Source of the DNA: an uncultured Alphaproteobacteria bacterium
GTDB taxonomy: Bacteria; Pseudomonadota; Alphaproteobacteria; HIMB59; GCA-002718135
Direction of reading: 5' to 3'
Assembly: GCA_902575815.1 (NCBI GenBank)
Contig: CACGTA010000004.1
Span: forward strand, 13,925 to 77,924
Length of the DNA stretch: 64,000 nucleotides
Position 1 is the first letter of the stretch; each line of letters opens with the position of its first letter. The translations under genes and the position numbers were made by a program. Below the pieces are notes generated by a model that was given only the letters and a program-made list of their open reading frames with translations, was not told the origin of the DNA and did not search any database. This document shows positions 8,216 to 16,540 of this stretch, piece after piece.

Positions 8216-9844
8216 TTATGCAAACCACCAACGTTCAGAAAGTTTGTTACCATCACTTTCCCAGTTACCAGCAACATCTTCACCGTGAGCAAGTTTTTTA
8301 GAACCAGCACCAACATATTGGTTAAATGCATAAACAATTGCACCACCATCGTAGTTACAAAGAGCTTGTGCTTCCCAGTACATTGATTTTCTTTTTTCCG
8401 CATCAAGTTCTGATCTAGCAGATCTAACAAGTTCATTGAAACGAACAGTTGAATCAGTTTGAACTAGATTACCCCAAGCAGCTTCGTTCCACTCAGTATC
8501 ATCAGTGAATGCAGCAGACCACATCATATCTTCTGTAGGTCTTCCACCCCAAGAACTCATACTGAAACCTTTAGTGTTCCATACGTTACTCCAGTAACCA
8601 TCTTCAGGTTCTTTTTTAACTCGAAGATCGATACCGCATTCTTGAGCAGATGCTGCTATCAAGTTAGTTGCATCTGTACATCCTGCATAAGGAACCTCAG
8701 AAGTACTAATTTCAATTGGTCCACTTACTCCAGATTTTTTCCAGTGAAAAGCAGCTTTATCAGCATCGAACTCTCTCTGCTCTAAAGCATTATTATGATA
8801 TGGGTGAGCAGTAGAGATCGGGTGATCATTACCCACTGTTCCATATCCTAGCATTATCTTATCAACAATTTCTTGTCTTTTGATTGCAAACTTCATTGCC
8901 ATACGAACATCAAAATTATCAAATGGTGGCACATTTAATCTCATAGGAGCTGTATAGTGTGCATATCCAGATGCTGCAGTAATTTCAACATTTGGATCTC
9001 TAGTTAATAAATTTGCAGTTCTTAAGTCAACACCGTTCATCCAGTCTATTTCACCATTTAATAATGCTGCTTGTCTTGTAGCAGGATCATTAATTCCGAT
9101 TACTTCAACTGAATCAAAGTGTGCAACACTATCACCTTTGAAATAATTTGGATTTCTTTTTCCAAATTTTGCTCCAACACCTGGATTGAATTCATCCATA
9201 ATGTATGGACCAGTTCCAATAGTAGATTGAGCATCAACAACTCCATCTTTTGTTGGTTTAATCATAATGTGATAGTCAGTAGTTATTGCAGGCCAATCGG
9301 CATTTGCACCTTTTAGCTTAAAAATAACTCTGTCATTTCCATCAGCAGAAACTGTTTCAATTTGAGATAAAAGTCCACCTGCTGCCGAAGCAGTATCTGG
9401 ATTCATGTGATACTGATAGTTGAGCACAACATCTTCTGCTGTCATTGATTTACCATTATGGAATTCAACACCTTTGCGAAGATTATATACCCATGTTTGA
9501 GCATCGTCTGATTCAATTGACTCAGCAAGCTCTCCAACAATTGTGTGATCTGAATCAACAACAGTTAGACAGTTCTGATATGACCAAGCAGTAGCTTGCA
9601 TAAATGAGCTCTGATAAGTTGCTGGATCAAGAGTATCAGTTGCATCTGCTGCACTATTACCCCATCTTAAATGTCCACCTTTTTTTGGTGTAGCTGCAAC
9701 TGCTTTATCTGCTAATGATAATGCAATTGGTAGCGTGACCCCAGTAGCAAGGACAGACATCATGAACTGTCTTCTATCAATAAGCCCTTTTGTTAGCTTT
9801 GAAGACTGTTCTTCAATGTATTTGTCTATTTTCTTATTTTTCAT
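8216..9844 (-). CDS. ABC transporter family-5 (peptide/nickel/opine-type) solute-binding protein with Tat signal
   Basis: RRQFM twin-arginine motif, TPKKGG, GELAES, LRKGVEFHNGK, GTGPY; GGGAGGA SD before ATG at 9844. Confidence 0.92.
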   Translation of the reverse strand: MKNKKIDKYIEEQSSKLTKGLIDRRQFMMSVLATGVTLPIALSLADKAVAATPKKGGHLRWGNSAADATDTLDPATYQSSFMQATAWSYQNCLTVVDSDHTIVGELAESIESDDAQTWVYNLRKGVEFHNGKSMTAEDVVLNYQYHMNPDTASAAGGLLSQIETVSADGNDRVIFKLKGANADWPAITTDYHIMIKPTKDGVVDAQSTIGTGPYIMDEFNPGVGAKFGKRNPNYFKGDSVAHFDSVEVIGINDPATRQAALLNGEIDWMNGVDLRTANLLTRDPNVEITAASGYAHYTAPMRLNVPPFDNFDVRMAMKFAIKRQEIVDKIMLGYGTVGNDHPISTAHPYHNNALEQREFDADKAAFHWKKSGVSGPIEISTSEVPYAGCTDATNLIAASAQECGIDLRVKKEPEDGYWSNVWNTKGFSMSSWGGRPTEDMMWSAAFTDDTEWNEAAWGNLVQTDSTVRFNELVRSARSELDAEKRKSMYWEAQALCNYDGGAIVYAFNQYVGAGSKKLAHGEDVAGNWESDGNKLSERWWFA

Positions 9845-10045
9845 TTGTCCTCCCTTATAATTGAACAAAAACCTAAGATTTTTGTTCATAATTTCTAGAA
9901 ATTTAACAAAAAACAAACTTAAGTTAATATATAAAAACATATATAACGTTTTAATTCAACGTATAAATTATTAATTTTAGCTTACATGTTGACCTAATTT
10001 AGACAAAACTTTAAGAATTAAGATTGTATCTTTAAGGAGGGTAAT

Positions 10046-11044
10046 ATTAGTAGAATTCATCCAATATTTAGAACAATTTTGTTAAGGCTTAGCCTTGGTC
10101 TCGTTACAGTTTTTGCATTCTCGGTAATAATATTTAGTACATTCTCTTTTTTACCGGGAGACTTTGCCACGGAAATATTAGGTCAAAGTGCAACAAAATC
10201 TGCAGTGAAAGCCCTAAGAGCAGAATTGGGTTTAGATAAACCTCCGGTAACAAGATATTTTGATTGGTTAGGAAATGTTTTTCAAGGAGATTTTGGTAGT
10301 TCTTTCTCTGGAAGATCTAAAGTTCAAGGGGATCAAGGTGATAGGTCTAGAGAAGTTGTGGGTTTAATTGTCCCCAGATTAAAGAATACATTATTTTTAA
10401 CAGGGGTTGCCGCCATGTTGGCTATTCCTCTATCTTTAATCTTAGGTATCTCAGCAGCATTATACAGAAACTCTTATTATGATAGGTCAGCAACTGGAGT
10501 TAGCTTAGTAACCGTATCTTCACCAGAATTTTTTACAGCCTATATTTTTATTCTTTTACTAGCGACACTGTTTCCAGTTTTTCCAACTATTTCTAATGTG
10601 GATGAAGCTTCAACTTTGGCTGAAAGATTTTACAGGACTGCTCTTCCAGTTTTTACTTTGACATTAATTACTATGGGTCACATGATGAGAATGACAAGGT
10701 CAGCGATAATAAATATCTTATCAAGTGAATATATTCAAATGGCAAAATTATCAGGAGCCTCAAGATATGAAGTAGTTGTTAAGCACGCACTTCCAAATGC
10801 TTGGGCACCTATTTCTCAAGTAATTGCAATAAACTTAGCTTACATGTTGATTGGTTCAGTTGTTGTTGAATATGTTTTTAACTATCAAGGTATTGGTAGG
10901 TTGATGGTCGGATCAGTCTATAATCGAGATTTACCCGTTGTTCAAGCTTGTGCATTAATTTTTGCATCAACATATGTAATATTAAATTTAATTGCTGACT
11001 TGATCGGAATTATTTCTAACCCAAGGTTATTATATCCCAAATGA
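10046..11044 (+). CDS. DppB/OppB-like ABC permease (start uncertain: ATT 10046 or TTG 10079)
   Basis: LPGD, GLDKP, GDFG.S, EY...A..G, KHALPNA, VVEYVF..GIG, RDLPVVQ. Confidence 0.92.
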   Translation: MSRIHPIFRTILLRLSLGLVTVFAFSVIIFSTFSFLPGDFATEILGQSATKSAVKALRAELGLDKPPVTRYFDWLGNVFQGDFGSSFSGRSKVQGDQGDRSREVVGLIVPRLKNTLFLTGVAAMLAIPLSLILGISAALYRNSYYDRSATGVSLVTVSSPEFFTAYIFILLLATLFPVFPTISNVDEASTLAERFYRTALPVFTLTLITMGHMMRMTRSAIINILSSEYIQMAKLSGASRYEVVVKHALPNAWAPISQVIAINLAYMLIGSVVVEYVFNYQGIGRLMVGSVYNRDLPVVQACALIFASTYVILNLIADLIGIISNPRLLYPK

Positions 11045-11961
11045 GCGAAAATTTATCTTATTCTGCAAAAAGTGAAGTTGCAAATTTAATTAAAAGAAGA
11101 ACTAGATTAGAAAGATTAAAAATTGCCTTATCAAAAGCTCCAATCTCAGCTTGGTTTGGTATGATTGTACTATTTATATATTTTTTTGCTGCAATATTTG
11201 CTCCCTTAATTGCTCCACATGGAGAAGCAGAAATATTCCCAGTAGCTTATGCTCCTTGGGGTGATGGTCATATATTTGGTACTGATCAAATTGGAAGAGA
11301 TATTTTTTCTCGCATTATCTATGCTGCAAGAAATACAATTGGTATTTGTTTATTGGCTACTTTTATTGCTTTAGGAATTGGAACAGTATTTGGAATTATA
11401 GCTGCTCTGGATAGAAGGTATTTAGATCAGCTATTAAGTAGAATAGTAGACACGCTTATGGCTATACCTGTAATGATTTTTACTTTTATACTTTTATCAG
11501 TTTTTGGACCTACTAATTTTAATTTAATTGTCATTTTAGGAATTTTGGAGTCAACTAGATTTTTTAGAATATCAAGATCAGTTGCTGTTGGTCAAGTTGT
11601 TCTAGAATATGTAGAGGTCGCGAGATTAAGAGGTGAAAATTTATCATATATTATATTCAGAGAAATACTTCCTAATATAGCTTCACCTTTGATTATTGAG
11701 TTTGGTTTAAGGTTCATATTTATAATTTTTACAATATCTAGTTTAAGTTTTTTAGGAATTGGCATTCAACCCCCTTCAGCAGATTGGGCATCAATGGTGA
11801 GGGAAAATGCAATACTTATTCAATATGCGCAATATGATATAACGGCAGGTTTAACACCATTAATTCCAGCTGCTGCAATTGCTTTACTTTGTGTATCAAT
11901 TAATTTTGTTGTTGATTGGTATCTTTACATTACTAGCGGATTAAAAGATGACGTTAAATAA
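11041..11961 (+). CDS. DppC/OppC-like ABC permease
   Basis: HIFGTDQIGRDIFSR, EYVEVARLRGE, EILPN, LSFLGIGIQPP. Confidence 0.92.
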   Translation: MSENLSYSAKSEVANLIKRRTRLERLKIALSKAPISAWFGMIVLFIYFFAAIFAPLIAPHGEAEIFPVAYAPWGDGHIFGTDQIGRDIFSRIIYAARNTIGICLLATFIALGIGTVFGIIAALDRRYLDQLLSRIVDTLMAIPVMIFTFILLSVFGPTNFNLIVILGILESTRFFRISRSVAVGQVVLEYVEVARLRGENLSYIIFREILPNIASPLIIEFGLRFIFIIFTISSLSFLGIGIQPPSADWASMVRENAILIQYAQYDITAGLTPLIPAAAIALLCVSINFVVDWYLYITSGLKDDVK

Positions 11962-13561
11962 ATCAAAAGAACTCCTGCTTGAAATGAAAAATATCCATAT
12001 TGATGGATTTTCAGATGAGAGATGGCATAAAATTTTAAAAGGTGTAGATTTGACTTTACACAGAGGAGAAATACTAGGATTAATTGGAGAGAGTGGTGCC
12101 GGAAAATCTACTATGGGTAAAGCTGCAATGGGCTATACCCAACCAGGTTGTAAGATTATAAAAGGAGAAATTAATTTTAATGGCATAGACCTCGCTAAAC
12201 TAACTGAATTTGAAAAGAGAAAAATTTGGGGAACTAAAATATCTTATGTTGCTCAATCAGCAGCAGCATCTTTTAATCCTGCTCATAGATTAATGGAGCA
12301 AACAATAAGTGCTGCTAATAGATTAAAGATAAATCCAACGGATGTGTTAAAAAAAGATGCGGTTCAACTTTATGAATCACTACAGCTTCCAGATGCGGAA
12401 AATATAGGAAATAGATACCCGCATCAAGTATCTGGAGGGCAACTACAAAGAATAATGACTGCAATGGCTATGTCCCCAAGACCAGAGTTAATTATATTTG
12501 ATGAGCCCACAACAGCTTTAGATGTAACAACTCAAGTTGAAGTATTATCTGCTATGAGATCTATAGTAGATAAATTTAATACAGCAGCAATTTATATTAC
12601 TCATGATTTAGCCGTAGTTGCGCAAATGGCTGATAGAATAAAAGTTTTGCGATACGGTGAAGAAGTTGAAGAAGCTGAAACAAGAGATATGCTATCAAAC
12701 CCAAAAGAAGAATACACCAAATCTCTATGGTCAGTAAGATCACTGATCAAGCCTGAAGAAACAAATGAAGATTATATGTTGTCTATTAAAAATATTGATG
12801 CAGCATATGGCTCATCAAAGGTCTTACATAATGTTTCTATAGATATTCCTAAAGGTAAAACAGTAGCTATAGTTGGTGAAAGTGGATCAGGAAAATCAAC
12901 AACAGCAAGAGTAATTACAGGCTTACTTCCTCAATTAAAAGGAGAAATAATTTTTGATGGAAAAAAATTGTCTCCAAAACTTGATCAAAGGTCAAAAGAA
13001 GAATTAAGAAGAATTCAAATAATTTTTCAAATGCCTGACACTGCAATGAACCCTCGTCAAACTGTTGATGAAATAATAGGAAGGCCAATAGAATTTTATC
13101 AAGGTATAAAAGGAAAAGAAAGAGAAGCAAAAGTTATTGAATTATTAAAAATGATTGAGCTAGATGAAACTTTTTTAGATAGATTACCATCCGAATTATC
13201 TGGAGGTCAAAAACAGAGAATATGCATTGCAAGAGCTTTAGCGGCTAACCCAGATTTAATTATTTGTGATGAAGTAACATCAGCACTAGATCAAATTGTT
13301 CAAGAAGGAATATTAAAATTACTTCAAAAATTACAAAAAGAGCTTGGTGTTACTTATATTTTTATAACCCATGATATAGCAACGGTTAAAGCAATCTCAG
13401 ATGAAATAGTTGTTATGTATCAAGGTGAGGTAGTGGAACAAGGTTTGAAAAGTAAAATTTTGAATCCACCATATCCTGATTATACAGAACTTTTATTGTC
13501 TTCAGTCCCAGAAATGGATCCTGATTGGCTAACCAATCTTCTGAATAAAAGATCTTCCTAG
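11948..13561 (+). CDS. Fused double ABC ATPase (DppD-DppF type)
   Basis: Two Walker A (GESGAGKS, GESGSGKS), signatures VSGGQ/LSGGQ, two DE..TALD/SALD motifs. Confidence 0.93.
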   Translation: MTLNKSKELLLEMKNIHIDGFSDERWHKILKGVDLTLHRGEILGLIGESGAGKSTMGKAAMGYTQPGCKIIKGEINFNGIDLAKLTEFEKRKIWGTKISYVAQSAAASFNPAHRLMEQTISAANRLKINPTDVLKKDAVQLYESLQLPDAENIGNRYPHQVSGGQLQRIMTAMAMSPRPELIIFDEPTTALDVTTQVEVLSAMRSIVDKFNTAAIYITHDLAVVAQMADRIKVLRYGEEVEEAETRDMLSNPKEEYTKSLWSVRSLIKPEETNEDYMLSIKNIDAAYGSSKVLHNVSIDIPKGKTVAIVGESGSGKSTTARVITGLLPQLKGEIIFDGKKLSPKLDQRSKEELRRIQIIFQMPDTAMNPRQTVDEIIGRPIEFYQGIKGKEREAKVIELLKMIELDETFLDRLPSELSGGQKQRICIARALAANPDLIICDEVTSALDQIVQEGILKLLQKLQKELGVTYIFITHDIATVKAISDEIVVMYQGEVVEQGLKSKILNPPYPDYTELLLSSVPEMDPDWLTNLLNKRSS

Positions 13562-13579
13562 TAATCTATATTTTAAATA

Positions 13580-13846
13580 ATGAATATATTTAAATTTTTA
13601 CTTAATTTTTTTTCTAGCAAAGAAAATAGAATAGATAATCTAGAAGCAAAAAATATAATGATAATTGAGAACAGGTTTAATAAATATAATTTAACATTAG
13701 GTTCTATTTACAAAGTAAATCAAAATATAAAACTAAAAAATTTTAAAAATAAAATTCTTGAAGATAGCTTAACAATAGTAGTTACTGACAATAAAGGTAA
13801 AACTATTGGATATATCTCTAAAAAAGAGATAGATAATATTCAATAA
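13580..13846 (+). CDS. Small hypothetical protein, possible single degenerate CBS domain
   Basis: 88-aa ORF filling the gap in the operon, stop abuts the next ATG; AKNIM...IVVTDNKGKTIGYISKKEI resembles a CBS fold. Confidence 0.55.
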   Translation: MNIFKFLLNFFSSKENRIDNLEAKNIMIIENRFNKYNLTLGSIYKVNQNIKLKNFKNKILEDSLTIVVTDNKGKTIGYISKKEIDNIQ

Positions 13847-14629
13847 ATGAAAATCAATCTGAATAAAAAAAATTATGTTATATCTGCTGGTGCAGATGGT
13901 TTAGGTTTTGCTATAGCAAATAAGATAATTAATTCAGGGGGTAAGGTATATTTATCTGATATAAATAAATCAAAAATTGATAAAATAAATTCAAATAAAA
14001 AATATCGTAATAAAATATTTGCTCAACACTTAGACTGCACAAATCCCAAAGACATAAAAAAATATTTTAATTCCATATCAAACTTAAAAAAAATAGATGG
14101 ATTAATAAATAATATTGGTATTGCAGGACCTACAAAGTATCTTCAAAATATTTCAATAGATGAATGGGATAACACAATAAAAACCAATTTAAGTTCACAT
14201 TTTTATTTTACAAAATTTGCTATTCCATTTTTAAAAAAAGCTAAAAAAGGATCTATCATTAATTTATCTTCAACTGCAGGATTATATGGTTTTGCTCAAC
14301 GTTCACCATATGCATCAAGTAAATGGGCAATAATTGGATTAACTAAAACATTAGCTGTTGAGTTAGGAAAATTTAAAATACGAGTAAATGCAATTTGTCC
14401 TGGTTCTGTTAATGGCGATAGAATGGATAGAGTAATAAATGCTAAAGCTAAATTAATTAATTCAACAAATAAACAAGTAAGAAAAGAATTAGAGTCAATG
14501 GTTTCATTAAACACATTTGTAGAAAAAGAAGATATTGCATCAATGGCCTTATTTTTATTAAGTAATGCCTCAGAAAATGTATCTGGTCAAATCATGACTG
14601 TTGATGGAAATACTGAAAGAATGAATTAG
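13847..14629 (+). CDS. Short-chain dehydrogenase/reductase
   Basis: SAGADGLG nucleotide-binding loop, NNIG, YASSK catalytic motif, VNAICPG. Confidence 0.92.
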   Translation: MKINLNKKNYVISAGADGLGFAIANKIINSGGKVYLSDINKSKIDKINSNKKYRNKIFAQHLDCTNPKDIKKYFNSISNLKKIDGLINNIGIAGPTKYLQNISIDEWDNTIKTNLSSHFYFTKFAIPFLKKAKKGSIINLSSTAGLYGFAQRSPYASSKWAIIGLTKTLAVELGKFKIRVNAICPGSVNGDRMDRVINAKAKLINSTNKQVRKELESMVSLNTFVEKEDIASMALFLLSNASENVSGQIMTVDGNTERMN

Positions 14630-16230
14630 TGGATAACAACGCTGATTACATCATTGTTGGTGCAGGATCAGCAGGTTGTGTTTTAGCTAACAGATTGTCT
14701 TCACAATCAAAGAATACCGTAATTTTATTAGAAGCTGGTCCATCTAGTAAAACTTGGAAAGTTGATATGCCAAGCGCACTTCTATATGCAATGCATGATC
14801 CAAAGTATAATTGGAAATATTATACAGAGCCTGAACCATTTCTAAATAATAGATCTTTATATTGTCCAAGAGGTAAAATGATTGGGGGATGCTCTTCGCA
14901 TAACGGCATGGTTTTTGCTAGAGGTCATAAAGAGGATTTTGATAGATGGTCTTCAAGTGGTTTAACTAATTGGTCATATGAAAAAGTTTTACCTTTTTTT
15001 AAAAAATTAGAAACTTGGTCTCATAATAGTAATGAAAGAGGTAATGAAGGACCATTAAAAGTAAATAAGTCAAACATAGATAAAAAATATCCTTTATTCA
15101 AAAAAGTTTTAGAAGCTGCACAAGAAGCTGGATATAAAATATTTAATGACTCTAATAATATTGATAAGGAAGGTTTTGGAACTTTTGATGTAACAATAAA
15201 CAATGGTGTCAGGCAAAGTGTTGCTAAGGCATATTTAGATCCAATCCAAAATAGAAAAAATCTAAGAATAATAAATAATATTGATGTTAAAAAAATTCTT
15301 TTTAAAAATAAAACTGCAATTGGTGTTGAAACGATTAAAAAAAATATAACCAATAATTATTTAGCCAATAAAGAAGTTATACTTTGTGCTGGTTCAATTA
15401 ATTCTCCTAAAATTCTTCAATTATCTGGGATTGGCAATGAAAAACATCTTAAAAGTTTAGGAATAGAAGTAATTCATAATTTAATTGGAGTAGGAGAAAA
15501 TTTACAAGATCATTTAGAGATGTACATTCAGTATAAATCTAAAAAAAATGAAACATTACATACACTAGCAACGAATTATCTTTATCAAGCTATTGAGGGA
15601 TCAAAATGGTTTTTATTTAAAAAAGGTAGATTAGCAAATTCAAATTTAGAATTAGGAGGGTTTGTTAAATCTGACAAATCATATAATCATCCAAACTTAC
15701 AATTTCATTTTTTTCCATACTTAGTTATTAATCATGGTTTAGAAAATCCTAATTTTGAAGCTTTTCAATTTCATGTTTGTCCAAATAGACCAAAAAGTAG
15801 GGGTTTTGTTAAAATTAAAACAAATAACTATAAAGATGATCCTAAAATACAATTTAATTATCTTAAGCATGAAGACGATTTAAATCAAATGAGACAAGGT
15901 GTGGGAATTGCTAAAAAAATATTATCTCAAAAAGCACTAAAAGAATATGTTGGCACTGAAATAAGACCTGGGAAGAATGTATTTAATCAAAATGAGTTAG
16001 ATGAAGTTATTAAAAATACATCTGAATCTGCGTATCATCCGTCATGCACAAATAAAATGGGTGAGGACAAAACTTCAGTTGTAGACCAAAACTTAAGGGT
16101 TCATGGAATTCAAAATTTAAGAGTTATTGATGCTTCTGTAATGCCAGATATTGTTAGTGCTAATTTAAATGCAACAACTATTATGATTGCTGAAAAAGCT
16201 TACGACCAAATAAATAGTACCGTTAGTTAG
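14629..16230 (+). CDS. betA: Choline dehydrogenase-like GMC oxidoreductase
   Basis: GAGSAG, PRGK..GG.SS.NGM, GENLQDHLE, AYHPSCT, LRVIDAS.MP, NLNATTIMIAEK; GTG start overlaps the SDR stop. Confidence 0.75.
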   Translation: MDNNADYIIVGAGSAGCVLANRLSSQSKNTVILLEAGPSSKTWKVDMPSALLYAMHDPKYNWKYYTEPEPFLNNRSLYCPRGKMIGGCSSHNGMVFARGHKEDFDRWSSSGLTNWSYEKVLPFFKKLETWSHNSNERGNEGPLKVNKSNIDKKYPLFKKVLEAAQEAGYKIFNDSNNIDKEGFGTFDVTINNGVRQSVAKAYLDPIQNRKNLRIINNIDVKKILFKNKTAIGVETIKKNITNNYLANKEVILCAGSINSPKILQLSGIGNEKHLKSLGIEVIHNLIGVGENLQDHLEMYIQYKSKKNETLHTLATNYLYQAIEGSKWFLFKKGRLANSNLELGGFVKSDKSYNHPNLQFHFFPYLVINHGLENPNFEAFQFHVCPNRPKSRGFVKIKTNNYKDDPKIQFNYLKHEDDLNQMRQGVGIAKKILSQKALKEYVGTEIRPGKNVFNQNELDEVIKNTSESAYHPSCTNKMGEDKTSVVDQNLRVHGIQNLRVIDASVMPDIVSANLNATTIMIAEKAYDQINSTVS

Positions 16231-16250
16231 AAAATTAAAATCTAATATAA

Positions 16251-16430
16251 TTAGATAGTTTTTCTTCTAAGAGTCCAACCGTATCTTTCGCTGTAGTATG
16301 CTTCGATACCATCAGCAAGATTAAGGTCATAATTTGAGTCTATAGATCCTTCAAGAACCTTCTTCTCAATAGAACTCTGCTCTAGGCTTTCTTTTTGGTT
16401 ATTAATGTTTTCTGTTAATTTACTATTCAT
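16251..16430 (-). CDS. Small protein (59 aa) divergent from the ScfR/RamB regulator
   Basis: Manually translated MNSKLTENINNQKESLEQSSIEKKVLEGSIDSNYDLNLADGIEAYYSERYGWTLRRKTI*; fills an otherwise unusually long gap; just below the ORF-track cutoff. Confidence 0.75.
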   Translation of the reverse strand: MNSKLTENINNQKESLEQSSIEKKVLEGSIDSNYDLNLADGIEAYYSERYGWTLRRKTI

Positions 16431-16540
16431 ATTTACAGATTTTACAAATACATAATAATATAAAAAAAAACTAGTGTTTTTCTTATTTTTAATGTAAAGA
16501 AAATTACTTCAAATTTTTTATTTTTGTAAATTTTGTAAAT
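16431..16540. promoter_or_regulatory. Divergent control region with paired TTTACAAA/TTTGTAAA boxes (putative ScfR/RamB operators)
   Basis: ATTTACAGATTTTACAAA (16431-16448) and TTTGTAAATTTTGTAAAT (16523-16540) are 16/18 reverse complements. Confidence 0.65.

Noticed and set aside
8164-8436. 90-aa minus-strand ORF
   Set aside because: It is an alternate frame of the SBP 3' end and runs through the terminator hairpin.
9845-9940. N-terminal extension of the SBP in the ORF track
   Set aside because: The SD and Tat signal support ATG at 9844; the extension lies in the promoter region.
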